Source: Alphaproteobacteria bacterium
GTDB lineage: Bacteria; Pseudomonadota; Alphaproteobacteria; SHVV01
Direction of reading: 5' to 3'
DNA: 64,000 nucleotides
Assembly (NCBI GenBank): GCA_965261735.1
Contig: OZ253470.1
Location: 1,280,001 to 1,344,000 of the forward strand
Positions 1-10,320 of the stretch are shown here, piece after piece. The notes below the pieces were generated by a model. It was not told the origin of the DNA. It ran no database searches and saw only the letters and a list, made by a program, of their open reading frames with translations. Position 1 is the stretch's first letter, and each line of letters starts with the position of its first letter. Position numbers and translations under genes: made by a program.

Positions 1-236
1 CGCTTGGCGTTAACAACACCGCCAACCTGGCACATCGCGATGCCGTCGGGAGGGGCGTCCACCCCATCGGTTACGCAATGCGAGTCATGCGGACAGAGGC
101 ACTCGACCGTCGCCCTGCTGGCGGTCTGGTTCGGTATCGACAAGGCCCGCTTGAGGCGTCAGGTGGATCAAGATGCCGCCTGAGGGGCGGCCGGCCGTCA
201 AATAGTGCCGGCTGTCCGGCGCCGCGCGCGCCACGC

Positions 237-1391
237 CTAGATCCTTAGCTGCCCGCCGTCCCAGCGCCGGCCGAGCGCCACCGCGGCCGCCCCGCCGAGG
301 GCTGACATCCCGGCCATGACGAAAAAGGCATCGCCCGCGATCGCCGCGTAGAGGGCGCCCGAGCCGAGCATCGTGGTGCCCGCGAGGAGGCCGATGGCGA
401 CCGCCGAATACAGCGTCTGCGCGGTCGCCGTGGTGCCCGGCGGCGAGGCCCGAGCCATGAAGTGCATGGCCCCGAGATGGGCTGCGGCAAAGGTCAGCGA
501 GTGCAGCGTCTGGGCCACGATCAAGAGCCCGAGACCGGTGCCGAGCGCGGTCAGGCTCCAGCGCACGACCCCGGCCACCGCGGCGATCAGGATAAGCTGC
601 GGCGGCGGTAGGCGCCGGATGAGCCACCCCGAAGCCGCGAACAGCACGACCTCGACCGCAACGGCCTCGGCCCAAAACAGGCTGATGGTGTCGGCGGCAT
701 AGCCGGCGGCGAGCCAATGCAGGGTGCCAAAGCCGTAGTAGATGGTATGGCTCGACTGAATCATTCCCGTCGCCAGCAGGAAGAGCAGAAAGGTGGGGTG
801 GCGGAGCAGCGCGCGCATCGGCGCCTTGACGGGTGCGCCCGGTGGCGCCCTTGTGTCGGGCACGCCCGCGCTCGCCAGTAGGGAGAGCCCGATGCTGCCG
901 AGCAGGAGCCACAGGATCAGGTCCGCCGAGCGGCCGACGAGAAGCCGGCCCGCTATATAGGCGCCGGCCATGAACGCGATCGATCCCCACAGCCGAATGC
1001 GACCGTAGTCGAGCTTCTCGCTATAGACGGTGAGCAGCGTCAGGTTTTCGCCTAGCGGGACCATGGCCGAGAGCGCGACGCCGGAGAGGATGGAGATCCC
1101 GAACAGGGGCCAGAAGCCGTGGGCGAACGCGAACAGGGCGTAGGCCGCGAGGCTGATGGCGGCGAGCACGATCAGCGGCCTCTTGCGGTCGCCGCGGCGG
1201 TCAGCGATACGGGCGATCAGCGGATTGCCGATAATCCGGGCCCATAGCGGCGTCGACAGTAAAATGCCGATCTGCGCCGGGTCCATGTCCCGCGAGGCGA
1301 GCCAAACCGGCCAGAACGGCAGGAGCACGCCAACGACGAGAAACAGCGCGACATAGAACAGCGCGAGGCGGATCGACGACGCACGAGCCAT
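237..1391 (-). CDS. MFS transporter, HcaT/3-phenylpropionate-like family
   Basis: 384 aa, about 12 hydrophobic segments; LPFWPVWL, DYGRIRLWGSIAF and SHTIYYGFGTLHW motifs typical of HcaT/MFS_1_like. Confidence 0.85.
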   Translation of the reverse strand: MARASSIRLALFYVALFLVVGVLLPFWPVWLASRDMDPAQIGILLSTPLWARIIGNPLIARIADRRGDRKRPLIVLAAISLAAYALFAFAHGFWPLFGISILSGVALSAMVPLGENLTLLTVYSEKLDYGRIRLWGSIAFMAGAYIAGRLLVGRSADLILWLLLGSIGLSLLASAGVPDTRAPPGAPVKAPMRALLRHPTFLLFLLATGMIQSSHTIYYGFGTLHWLAAGYAADTISLFWAEAVAVEVVLFAASGWLIRRLPPPQLILIAAVAGVVRWSLTALGTGLGLLIVAQTLHSLTFAAAHLGAMHFMARASPPGTTATAQTLYSAVAIGLLAGTTMLGSGALYAAIAGDAFFVMAGMSALGGAAAVALGRRWDGGQLRI

Positions 1392-1586
1392 GGGGCGGGG
1401 TCGGGAGGAAACTGGCCGCGGCTACGGCAGGGAGCCGCGGCAGTGTGGTGCGCCCGGACGCACTCGGCAACCTCTACCGCCACCGGCCGGCGCCGCGCGA
1501 CTCGGCACAATGGGTCCTTTTCGGTTATTCTTGCGGTGACGACCCCGGCGGCGTGACGCCGACAACGGGGTCGCAGCAGGGTAGGC

Positions 1587-2357
1587 ATGGCAGACACGGG
1601 GTTGGGCGGGGTCCAGGGCCTCGCCGCGCTGAGCAACCTTGACCAGCTCCGCGTCGCGCTCGAGCGTGGCAACCCTGATTCTCGGCCGAGCGCCCGCGGG
1701 TCGGCCGTCACCCTCACCCGCCCGCTCGACTCCGCTTTCGTCGATCTTCGCGGCGCGCGCGAGGCGGTGGGCGTCGGCGAAGCGGTGCTCGGCGTCGCGG
1801 TCGGCGCCGGCCGCAAGGTCGAGAACATCCTGATCGAGATGCGCAAGGTGGCGATCGATGCGGCCAAACCGAACCTCGACAATGCCACCCGGTCCGATCT
1901 CGTGACCCGCTTCGACCGCCTCCGCGAGGAGTTCGAAATCGTCGTCTCCAATGCCGAATTCAACCGCATCAATCTCGTCGCTGAGGGAGCCCCGGACCTC
2001 ACGATCGCCACCGATACGCAAGGCGGCAGCATGTTCGTCGAGGCCCAGGACCTGAGCCCCCGCGGCGTCGGGATCGATGCCCTTTCGGTGGGCTCGAGCA
2101 CGCAGGCCGCCAGCGCGATCGTCAAGCTCGAGGGGGCGGTGTCGACGGCGGGCGAGCGCGTCGGCACACTAGCCGCGGCGGCGACCCAGATCGCCAATGT
2201 GTCCGAGCTCAGCGACCAGCTGGTCCGGCTACTGAACACCAACGTCAGCACCCGGCTCGACACGGGATTTGGCGAAACTGACGCCTTTGCGGCCGCCGCG
2301 AAGATTAGCGATCAGCTCAAAACGAGCCGCCTCGCGATCGCCAACGCGACGCGGTAG
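1587..2357 (+). CDS. Short divergent flagellin-like protein
   Basis: 256 aa with flagellin helical core (ILIEMRKVAIDAA...RSDLVTRFDRLREEFEIVVSNAEFNRINLV) and C-terminal LAIANA; both termini diverge from canonical flagellin. Confidence 0.7.
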   Translation: MADTGLGGVQGLAALSNLDQLRVALERGNPDSRPSARGSAVTLTRPLDSAFVDLRGAREAVGVGEAVLGVAVGAGRKVENILIEMRKVAIDAAKPNLDNATRSDLVTRFDRLREEFEIVVSNAEFNRINLVAEGAPDLTIATDTQGGSMFVEAQDLSPRGVGIDALSVGSSTQAASAIVKLEGAVSTAGERVGTLAAAATQIANVSELSDQLVRLLNTNVSTRLDTGFGETDAFAAAAKISDQLKTSRLAIANATR

Positions 2358-2367
2358 GCCGCGATCG

Positions 2368-3216
2368 TCAGCCGCTGTAGGCGAGCACGCCAACGCTGAC
2401 GCTCACCACCGCGATCCCGGCCCACTGACGCGCCGGGATCGGCTCGCGCAGGAAGATTCGGGCGAGCACAACGGTAACCACGGCAAACGGCGCACTCGCC
2501 ACAGCGGCGAGCGCCGCGCCGCTACCGGCGGAGCCGAACAGCAGCGTGAGGAACGCGCCCGTGTCGAGCACGCCCTGGAGCGCGAGCGCGGGCCACCAGC
2601 GTAGCGGGAGGCGGGCCCGCGTGCGCGAGGCGGCGATGAAGACAACCAGACAGGCCAAGCTGACGAGGCGCGACAGCCATAGCGCCACGAGCGCGCCGTA
2701 GATGGCGGCAGCCTCGCGCGCCGCCAGGACGGTGACGGCGATGAGGATGGCGGCGCCGAGCGCGAGCAGCACCGTGAGCGAGACACCATCGCTTGCCGCC
2801 GTACCACGGCCGCCGCGGGCCACGATCCACACGCCGGCCATAGTCGTCGCCATCACCAGCCACTGGACGGGACTAGGAAAGATGCCGAGAAGCGGCGCCG
2901 CGAGGGCGAGGAAGGCGGGGTAGCTCGACGACACCGGGGCGGCGACGGCGACCGGCCCCCGGCTCAGGGCGGCATACAAGAGAAGCGTCGCGGCCATGAC
3001 GCCGAGGCCGGAAAGTGCGACCCAGATCAAACCATCGGCAGGCAAGCTTACAGGCGTTCGGGCGATCGCGATCCAGGCACTGAGGCCCACGGTGCCAAAC
3101 AGGAACATGCCGAGCACGGCGTTGGCGGGGCCGAGCGCGCGGCCCGAGAGCCGGGCCACGAAGTCGGCCGTGCCCCAGCCGAGCGCGCTCATCAATCCCC
3201 ATGCCACCGGGCTCAT
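2368..3216 (-). CDS. EamA/DMT family transporter
   Basis: 282 aa, about 10 TM, two EamA repeats (SALGWGTADF; LARIFLREPI..QWAG). Confidence 0.85.
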   Translation of the reverse strand: MSPVAWGLMSALGWGTADFVARLSGRALGPANAVLGMFLFGTVGLSAWIAIARTPVSLPADGLIWVALSGLGVMAATLLLYAALSRGPVAVAAPVSSSYPAFLALAAPLLGIFPSPVQWLVMATTMAGVWIVARGGRGTAASDGVSLTVLLALGAAILIAVTVLAAREAAAIYGALVALWLSRLVSLACLVVFIAASRTRARLPLRWWPALALQGVLDTGAFLTLLFGSAGSGAALAAVASAPFAVVTVVLARIFLREPIPARQWAGIAVVSVSVGVLAYSG

Positions 3217-3323
3217 GCGCGTTCATCCCCCGCGTGGCGGCGCCATGCCGACCGCGCCTCCGGCATGTTGTAGCGCGCCCAGGCCCCCGAGGAAATCGGC
3301 GCCGGGATCCGTTGCGAAAGCGG

Positions 3324-3964
3324 TCAGTCGAACAGGGCGTCGATCTCGGACTGCGACGATTTCTTCGGGCTGGCCGCGGCGTCCTTGTCGAGCAGGGCAT
3401 CGACCTCGTTCTGATCGATGCCCTCGCCCTCCAGCGCCGGACCCGAAAGCAGCGCCTCATCACCCTGGGGCAGCGGTTCCGCGGCCGTGCTCGAATCCTC
3501 GAACTCGGAGCCGAGCACCTCCAGCAGCGCGCCGACGCGCTCCTCGATGTCACCGAGGGTCGTGACCACCTTGGAGACGCGTTGCCCGGTGATGTCCTGG
3601 AACGAGCATGCCTCAAAGATACGCAGGCAGGCGCCGTCGACATGATCTCCTCGGCGGCCTCCATGATGGTGTTGGTGGCCTCCTCGGTGTGGCGGACGAT
3701 GGCGTCGAGCTGATCGCCGGCGGCCGGAATCCGCGACTTCATGTCCTTGGGACGGACGCGCGCGATTTCGCTGCGGGTATCGGTGATCTGCGCCGATACG
3801 CTCTGTAGCTCGCGGTAGATGGACGTGTCGAAATATCGGTAAACCACGGCGACCAGCACCTCGGTAATCGAGGCGATATCCCGGATTGAAACCGGCTGCT
3901 TCTGGTCTTCACGCAGCAAATTGACCAGTTGCTCGAGTTTTTTCGAAAGCTTATCGGTGTTCAT
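3324..3964 (-). pseudogene. cheZ: CheZ-family chemotaxis phosphatase, frameshifted
   Basis: Upstream frame IPAAGDQLDAIVRHTEEATNTIMEAAEEIM; the conserved ACLRIFEACSFQDITGQRVSKVVTTL and SQSEIDALFD tail lie in another frame; junction near 3641 also lacks the linker normally present. Confidence 0.8.
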
Positions 3965-4067
3965 GGGACCTTCCCGAAATGGCCGGTGCCGGAGGGGCAG
4001 GAAATTGGCCGGCGCGCCTGGGGATGGCGGTCGCTTCGACGCTGCGCCCAAGCCTAGGCCGGGTTGC

Positions 4068-4083
4068 TAAAAGTTCGGTTAAC
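4068..4083. promoter_or_regulatory. Possible CtrA-type site upstream of cheZ
   Basis: TAAA-agttcgg-TTAAC, one mismatch to TTAA-N7-TTAAC, in an AT-rich patch. Confidence 0.3.
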
Positions 4084-4255
4084 TCGGCGCGAAAGGCGCA
4101 GGATTCGTGAGGTTCGCGTGCCTTGCCCGGTCTCGGGGTCACGGCTATAGTGCGCCGCTCAACGGAACGCGCGTTTGGCCATCCCGCTTGTCCCCGCCGA
4201 GCGCAGTCGTGCCGGAGGCCGGCCGGCGACCGGGCGGCATCCAGGATGTGCACGA

Positions 4256-5251
4256 ATGCGGATCTTGCGTCGTTACACCGAGGTTCCCGAGGCGGCACGC
4301 GGCGCCGTCCTCGCCATCGGCAACTTCGACGGCGTGCATCGCGGCCACCGGGCGGTGATCGCCAGCGCCGCAGAGGCCGCGGCGCAATCGGGCGCAGCGC
4401 TGGCCGTATTGACCTTCGAGCCCCACCCGCGCGACGTCCTCCAGCCCGGGCGGCCGCCGTTTCGCATCACCTCGCTGCGCACCAAAGCGCGCCTGTTCGC
4501 TGGCATGGGCGTCGACGTGCTCACCGTCCTGCACTTCACTCATTCGCTGGCTGCGAAGACGGCCGAGGCGTTCGTCGCCGAGGTCCTGGTCGAGGGACTC
4601 GGGGTGAGCCACACCGTGGTCGGGTTCGATTTCGTATTTGGCCACCAGCGCGCCGGCGATACCGAAACGCTTCGCCGAGCCGCGGCGGACCATGGCTTTG
4701 GCATAAGCGTCGTCGAGGCGGCGGGTCACGCCGGCGCGCCCTTCGCCTCGAGCCGCATTCGCGATCACCTCGTCGCGGGGCAGATGCGCGAGGCGAGCGA
4801 CATCCTGGGGCGTCCGTGGGAGATCGAGGGCCGCGTCGGGCGCGGCGCCGGGCGCGGTCGCGTGGTCGGTTTTCCCACCATCAACCTGGCGCTCGGGGGC
4901 TACCTCAGGCCCGCGGCCGGCGTCTATGCGGTGCGGGTCGAGGTCGATAGCGGCGCCGGCGCCGCGTGGCACGATGGCGTCGCCAATGTCGGCCGGCGGC
5001 CAACCTTCGGCGGCACCGACACCGTGTGCGAGGGGCACCTGTTCGACTTCGAGGGCGATCCTTACGGGCGGCGCGTGACCATGGAGTTCGCCGACTTCAT
5101 CCGCGCGGAGCGGAAATTCGACGGCATCGACAGCCTGCGCGCGCAAATCGCCGAGGATTGCGGCGCCGCGCGGCGTATTCTCGCCGCGCCGAACCGCACG
5201 CAGGCGGCGGCGCCGGGGACGCCACGGGCGCGTCAAGCGGCCCCCTCATGA
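4256..5251 (+). CDS. ribF: Bifunctional riboflavin kinase/FAD synthetase
   Basis: AIGNFDGVHRGH, LTFEPHP, GFPTINL, GVANVGRRPTF; directly upstream of ileS. Confidence 0.96.
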   Translation: MRILRRYTEVPEAARGAVLAIGNFDGVHRGHRAVIASAAEAAAQSGAALAVLTFEPHPRDVLQPGRPPFRITSLRTKARLFAGMGVDVLTVLHFTHSLAAKTAEAFVAEVLVEGLGVSHTVVGFDFVFGHQRAGDTETLRRAAADHGFGISVVEAAGHAGAPFASSRIRDHLVAGQMREASDILGRPWEIEGRVGRGAGRGRVVGFPTINLALGGYLRPAAGVYAVRVEVDSGAGAAWHDGVANVGRRPTFGGTDTVCEGHLFDFEGDPYGRRVTMEFADFIRAERKFDGIDSLRAQIAEDCGAARRILAAPNRTQAAAPGTPRARQAAPS

Positions 5252-8058
5252 CCGACTACCGCGCGACCTGTTTCCTACCCGCCACGGACTTTGCGATGCG
5301 CGCGGGCCTGCCCACGCTCGAGCCCAAGCTGCTCGAACGCTGGCGGCGCCTCGGCCTGTTCGAGAGACTGCGCGCCGAATCGCAGGGTCGCGAGAAATTC
5401 ATCCTTCACGACGGGCCGCCCTACGCCAACGGGCATCTGCATATCGGCCACGCCCTCAACAAGATTCTTAAGGACGTCATCAATCGCTCGCAGCAGATGC
5501 GCGGCAAGGACGCCCACTACGTGCCCGGCTGGGATTGCCATGGCCTGCCGATCGAATGGCAGGTCGAGCAGGAATACATCGAGTCCGGCCGCGACAAGGA
5601 CGCGGTGTCGACCATCGCGTTCCGCGAAGACTGCCGCGCCTTCGCGCAGAAATGGATCGATATACAGCGCGACGAGTTCGTCCGCCTTGGCATCGAGGGC
5701 GACTGGGACAATCCCTACACCACCATGGCGCTGGCGGCGGAGGCACGGATCGTCGGCGAGATCTGTCGATTTCTCATGAATGGCGGCCTGTATAAGGGCG
5801 CCAAGCCGGTAATGTGGTCGGTGGTCGAGAAGACGGCGCTGGCCGAGGCCGAGATCGAGTACCACGACCACACCTCGACCACGGTCTTCGTTCGCTTCAA
5901 GGTGCAGCCGCAGCTGCCGCGCGGCCTCGCGAGCGGCGCCAGCATCGTCATCTGGACGACCACGCCGTGGACGCTGCCCGGCAACCGCGCCATCGCCGTC
6001 AACCCCGACGCCGCCTACGTGCGCGTCCGGGTGACGGAAGCGGCGCCCGACTCGCGTGCCGTGATCGGCGAGGACCTCATTCTCGCCAAGGCGCTGATGG
6101 CCTGGGTGTTTGCCGAGGTAGGCATCACCAGGCGTGAGCTGATCGGCGAGTTCCCGGGCGCGCAATTGCAGAGCGTGGTGTGCTGGCACCCCTTGCGCGG
6201 GCGCGGCTACGACTTCGACGTGCCGGTGCTACCCGCGGCCTTCGTCGACATGGAGCAGGGCACAGGGCTCGTCCACATCGCGCCCGGCCACGGCGCCGAT
6301 GACTTCGAGCTCGGCGCGGCCCACGGCCTCGAGGTGCCGCAGACCGTGGGCGACGACGGCATCTTCGAGGAGCAGGTGCCGCTGTTCGCCGGCCGCCACG
6401 TCTTCAAGGTCGACGGCGAGATCGCCGATGCCGTCGAGGCCGCGGGCGGCCTGCTCGGGCGCGGGCGCCTCGTCCACAGCTATCCCCATTCGTGGCGCTC
6501 GAAGGCGCCGCTCATCTTTCGCAACACGCCGCAATGGTTCATCTCGATGAGCGCCAACGACCTGCGCCGCAAGGCGCTGGCGGCAATCGAAGAGGTCCGC
6601 TGGATCCCCGAGAGCGGGCGCAACCGCATCTACGCGATGGTCGAAAACCGGCCCGAATGGGTGATCTCGCGCCAGCGTGCCTGGGGCGTGCCCATCACGG
6701 TGTTCGTCGACCGCAACACCGGCGAGCCGCTGCGCGACGAGGCCGTGAACGCGCGCATCATCGCGGCGGTGGCCGCCGCCGGCACCGACGTGTGGTTCAC
6801 CGAGGATCCGGCCCGTTTTCTCGGGCCCGACCGCGACCCGGCCGACTTCGACAAGGTCGAGGACATTATCGACGTGTGGTTCGAATCGGGGGCCACGCAC
6901 AGCTTCGTGCTCGAGGCCCGCCCCGATCTCAAATGGCCGGCCTCGCTCTACGTCGAGGGTTCCGACCAGCACCGCGGCTGGTTCCACTCCTCGCTGCTGG
7001 AAGCCTGTGGCACGCGCGGCCGCGCGCCCTACGAGCAGGTCCTGACGCACGGCTTCGTCATGGACGAGGAAGGCCGCAAGATGTCGAAGTCGCTCGGCAA
7101 TATCGTCAAGCCGCAGGAGGTGATCGCCCAGCATGGCGCTGACATCCTGCGCCTGTGGGCCGTGGGCTCGGACTATGTCGAAGACCTACGCATCGGCCCC
7201 GAGATCATCAAGAGCCACGTCGATATCTATCGCCGCCTGCGCAATACGCTGCGCTTCCTACTCGGCAATCTCAACGGCTTCGGCGAGGCCGAGCGGCTGC
7301 CGGCGGCCGAGATGCCCGAGCTCGAGCGTTGGGTCCTCAACGGGCTGTGGCGCATGGATCGCCAGGTTCACGAGGCTTGCGACGGCTTCCGGTTCCACGC
7401 TCTGTTCGCGGCGCTGCAGAACTTCTGTGCCAACGATCTGTCGTCCTTCTACTTCGATATCCGCAAGGATTCGCTCTACTGCGACCGCGCCGATTCGCCG
7501 CGCCGGCGCGCCGCACGCACGGTGCTCGACGAAATCTACTCGTGCCTGACCGCATGGCTCGCGCCGATCCTCTGCTTCACGGCCGAGGAGGCCTGGCTCG
7601 CGCGCCATGACGGCGCCGACGAGAGCGTCCATGTACGCCAGTTTCCCGACGTGCCCGAGGCCTGGCGCGACGCTGAGTTGGAGGCAAAATGGAACCTCGT
7701 TCGTAGCCTTCGCCGCGTCGTCACGGGCGCGCTCGAGGGGGAGCGTGCCGCCAAGCGTATCGGCTCCAGCCTCCAGGCCCATCCGGTGATCTATGCCGAC
7801 GCGGCCTACCACGACGCGCTCGGTGGCCTCGACGTGGCCGAGCTTCTCATAACCTCGGGAGCGAGCCTGGAGGGTGGCGAGGCGCCTGCGGACGCCTTCC
7901 GCCTCGAGGACGTGGCCGGGGTCGCGGTCGTACCGGGGCTGGCCGGGGGTACGAAATGTGGGCGCTGCTGGCGTGTCCTGCTCGAGGTTGGCGCCGGCGG
8001 TGGGCGCGAGGACCTGTGCGGGCGTTGCGATGACGCCGTGGGAGTCGCGGCCGCTTGA
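5248..8058 (+). CDS. ileS: Isoleucine--tRNA ligase
   Basis: LHDGPPYANGHLHIGH, WTTTPWT, EGSDQHRGWF, KMSKS, C-terminal CGRCW...CGRC zinc finger; ATG at 5248. Confidence 0.98.
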   Translation: MTDYRATCFLPATDFAMRAGLPTLEPKLLERWRRLGLFERLRAESQGREKFILHDGPPYANGHLHIGHALNKILKDVINRSQQMRGKDAHYVPGWDCHGLPIEWQVEQEYIESGRDKDAVSTIAFREDCRAFAQKWIDIQRDEFVRLGIEGDWDNPYTTMALAAEARIVGEICRFLMNGGLYKGAKPVMWSVVEKTALAEAEIEYHDHTSTTVFVRFKVQPQLPRGLASGASIVIWTTTPWTLPGNRAIAVNPDAAYVRVRVTEAAPDSRAVIGEDLILAKALMAWVFAEVGITRRELIGEFPGAQLQSVVCWHPLRGRGYDFDVPVLPAAFVDMEQGTGLVHIAPGHGADDFELGAAHGLEVPQTVGDDGIFEEQVPLFAGRHVFKVDGEIADAVEAAGGLLGRGRLVHSYPHSWRSKAPLIFRNTPQWFISMSANDLRRKALAAIEEVRWIPESGRNRIYAMVENRPEWVISRQRAWGVPITVFVDRNTGEPLRDEAVNARIIAAVAAAGTDVWFTEDPARFLGPDRDPADFDKVEDIIDVWFESGATHSFVLEARPDLKWPASLYVEGSDQHRGWFHSSLLEACGTRGRAPYEQVLTHGFVMDEEGRKMSKSLGNIVKPQEVIAQHGADILRLWAVGSDYVEDLRIGPEIIKSHVDIYRRLRNTLRFLLGNLNGFGEAERLPAAEMPELERWVLNGLWRMDRQVHEACDGFRFHALFAALQNFCANDLSSFYFDIRKDSLYCDRADSPRRRAARTVLDEIYSCLTAWLAPILCFTAEEAWLARHDGADESVHVRQFPDVPEAWRDAELEAKWNLVRSLRRVVTGALEGERAAKRIGSSLQAHPVIYADAAYHDALGGLDVAELLITSGASLEGGEAPADAFRLEDVAGVAVVPGLAGGTKCGRCWRVLLEVGAGGGREDLCGRCDDAVGVAAA

Positions 8059-8537
8059 TGGTGCGCCTCGGGCTCGGTTGCGCCGCCGCTGTCGTCGTCA
8101 TCGACCAGCTCACGAAATGGTGGATGCTCGCGGCTCTCGGGGGCCCGCCGGGGATTATCGCGATCACGCCGTTCTTCAACCTCGTCCTGGTGGAGAACCG
8201 AGGCATTAGTTTCGGCCTCCTCAGTTCCAGGGCGCGGTGGCTGCCGTGGCTGCTGGTGGCGTTCGCGCTCGTCATCGGGGCGGCGCTGATCCACTGGCTC
8301 GGCCGCGTCCAAAAGCGCTGGCTCGCCGCCGCCATCGGGCTCGTTCTGGGCGGCGCGCTCGGCAACGCGATCGATCGCGTCGTCCACGGCGCCGTCGTCG
8401 ACTTCTTCGATTTCCATCTCGCCGGTTTTCATTGGCCCGCCTTCAACGTCGCCGACTCGGCCATCGTCGTCGGCGTCGCCGCACTCCTGATAGATGGCTT
8501 GATGGGCGGACGCGAAAGGCCTAAAAAGGCGCCATGA
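8058..8537 (+). CDS. lspA: Signal peptidase II
   Basis: DQLTK, NRGISFG, GGALGNAIDR, VVDF, FNVADSAI. Confidence 0.96.
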   Translation: MVRLGLGCAAAVVVIDQLTKWWMLAALGGPPGIIAITPFFNLVLVENRGISFGLLSSRARWLPWLLVAFALVIGAALIHWLGRVQKRWLAAAIGLVLGGALGNAIDRVVHGAVVDFFDFHLAGFHWPAFNVADSAIVVGVAALLIDGLMGGRERPKKAP

Positions 8538-9127
8538 TACCGATAGAGCGGCCACGGTCGGCCCCTCGCATGCGCGGGCGCGCGCTCGCCTTGGTGGTCG
8601 CATCGACGTTCGTACTGGGCGCCTGCGGCGGCGTTCGCGATCAGCTCGGCCTGTCGAAGCGCTCGCCCGACGAGTTCACGGTGGTGAGCAAGCCGCCGTT
8701 GGTAATTCCGCCGAACTTCACCTTGCGGCCGCCGGCTGCGGGCGCGGTCGGGCCGAGCGCCATTTCACCGGCGGCCGATGCCAAGGCGGCGCTGCTCGGC
8801 AACGTCGGCAAAGCGGGCGCCGCGCCCGCGGCGAAGCCGGGCGCGCCGAGCGAGGTCGCCCTGCTGGCCCTGGCCGGCGCGACCGACGCGGACGCCACCA
8901 TCCGCGAGGTCGTACGGCGTGAAACCAGTTTGCTGTCGGAGAGAGACAAGTCGTTCGCCGACGCCCTGATCTTCTGGCAGAAGCAGCCGCCGTTCGGCTC
9001 TGTCGTCGATGCCTCGAAGGAGGCGCAGCGCCTGCGCCAGACGGCCGCCGCCGGCCAGCCGCCAACGGCCGGCGAGACGCCGACGATCGAGCGCCGCAAG
9101 CGCGCGCTGCTCGAAGGCATCTTCTAG
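8534..9127 (+). CDS. DUF3035-family lipoprotein
   Basis: Lipobox LGAC; PDEFTVVSKPPLVIPPNFTLRPP; usual position after lspA. Confidence 0.85.
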   Translation: MIPIERPRSAPRMRGRALALVVASTFVLGACGGVRDQLGLSKRSPDEFTVVSKPPLVIPPNFTLRPPAAGAVGPSAISPAADAKAALLGNVGKAGAAPAAKPGAPSEVALLALAGATDADATIREVVRRETSLLSERDKSFADALIFWQKQPPFGSVVDASKEAQRLRQTAAAGQPPTAGETPTIERRKRALLEGIF

Positions 9128-9257
9128 CGCCCGGCGCGCGTTCGAAGGGGAGAGGCCCCCCCGGCCGTACTGATTGAAGTGGGCCTGCGTTGACCCCATT
9201 CGGCTAGCGGGGCCGCTGCATAAACCCCGTTGTGCTCACCCACGAGCGTTGGATGGC

Positions 9258-9688
9258 TCAGCCGTTGTCCGGAGCACCTTGGAGGTCGTCGCCATCTCTG
9301 TTGAGGGCCTCGATGACAGGGCACTGTGGAACTGAGCCACCGCCACACTGGGCGACAATCTGCATAAGAACACCTTCCAAGGCGCGCAGGTCGGCGAGCC
9401 TTGATTGCACGCCGTCGAGATGTTTGCGGGCCACCTTCTCCACCTCGGCACAGGTGTGACCGGGCTCATCGACGAGCCGGAGCAGGCCGCGAACCCCAGA
9501 TCACGCGCGCGGCGCACGAAGTTAAGGCGCTGGTGGTGTTCGCGCGCATACCGGCGCTGGCCACCTTCGGTGCGCGCGGGTTTCGATAGGACGCCGACCT
9601 GCTCGTAATAACGGATCGTTTCAGGCTTGCACCCCGTGAGGGCGGCAAGAGTACCAATCGTCAATTCGCCTTCGATCTGAGATTTCAT
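9258..9688 (-). pseudogene. MerR-family metal-responsive regulator, frameshifted
   Basis: HTH TIGTLAALTGCKPETIRYYEQVG...RRARDLGF; the C-terminal half (RGLLRLVDEPGHTCAEV...QCGGGSVPQCPVI, three Cys) is in another frame; short deletion near 9491. Confidence 0.85.
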
Positions 9689-9716
9689 AACGAACTCGTG
9701 ATCGCGAAAAAAGGGG

Positions 9717-9747
9717 TTGAACCTCTAGTTACTACAGGTCCTATCCT
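9717..9747 (+). promoter_or_regulatory. MerR-type promoter/operator
   Basis: TTGAAC (9717-9722), 19-bp spacer, TATCCT (9742-9747); dyad ACCTCTAGT-T-ACTACAGGT (9721-9739, one mismatch). Confidence 0.85.
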
Positions 9748-9778
9748 GCTGTTTGCAAGGGGAACGGGTGAAACGGCG

Positions 9779-10186
9779 ATGACGATACGGGAGCAACAAC
9801 CAAACGCGGTACCCGATGCGGCGGCCCAGGGCAGCCGGCGCCATCAGGGCCTCCTGGCGCTGGGCGGCATGGTGGGTGCACTCGGTTCCGCATCCTGCTG
9901 CATCGTGCCGTTGGCCTTGTTCAGCCTTGGCGCAACGGGTGCGTGGATCGGCAACTTAAGCGCGCTGATGCCTTACCAGCCGGTATTCCTGATCGCTACA
10001 TTCGGCTTCCTGGGAGTCGGCTTTTGGCGCGTCTACCGAAGGCCCCAGGCGGCGTGTGACGACGACGGCTTCTGCGCGCGTCCCGCTTCCAGCCTACTCA
10101 CCACGATAGGGTTGTGGAGCGCGACAGCGCTAGTGGCGGCGGCGCTCGCCTTCCCCTATGTGGCCCCGAGGCTGCTGGGCATCTAA
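9779..10186 (+). CDS. merT: Mercuric transport protein MerT family
   Basis: ASCCIVPLALFSLG..GAWIGNLSALMPYQP; loop cysteines ACDDDGFCARP; 3 TM. Confidence 0.88.
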   Translation: MTIREQQPNAVPDAAAQGSRRHQGLLALGGMVGALGSASCCIVPLALFSLGATGAWIGNLSALMPYQPVFLIATFGFLGVGFWRVYRRPQAACDDDGFCARPASSLLTTIGLWSATALVAAALAFPYVAPRLLGI

Positions 10187-10320
10187 AGGCGCGAGGAGAG
10201 GACTCTAGATGAAAGGCATGCCTTCGTTGATGGCCTTCGCCGCACTGCTCGTCGCCAGCATCCCAATTGCGAACGCGATTATCAACTTGACACGTCACGG
10301 CGGGCGAGTACGCTTCGGGC

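Noticed and set aside
1558-1565. GCCGACAA sigma28-like -10 box upstream of the flagellin-like gene
   Set aside because: There is no matching TAAA -35 element, and the motif is likely by chance in GC-rich DNA.
9205-9230. GGGGCCGCTGCATAAACCCC at the island's left edge, resembling an IS end
   Set aside because: No matching inverted copy was found at the right edge, so it cannot be supported as a terminal repeat.
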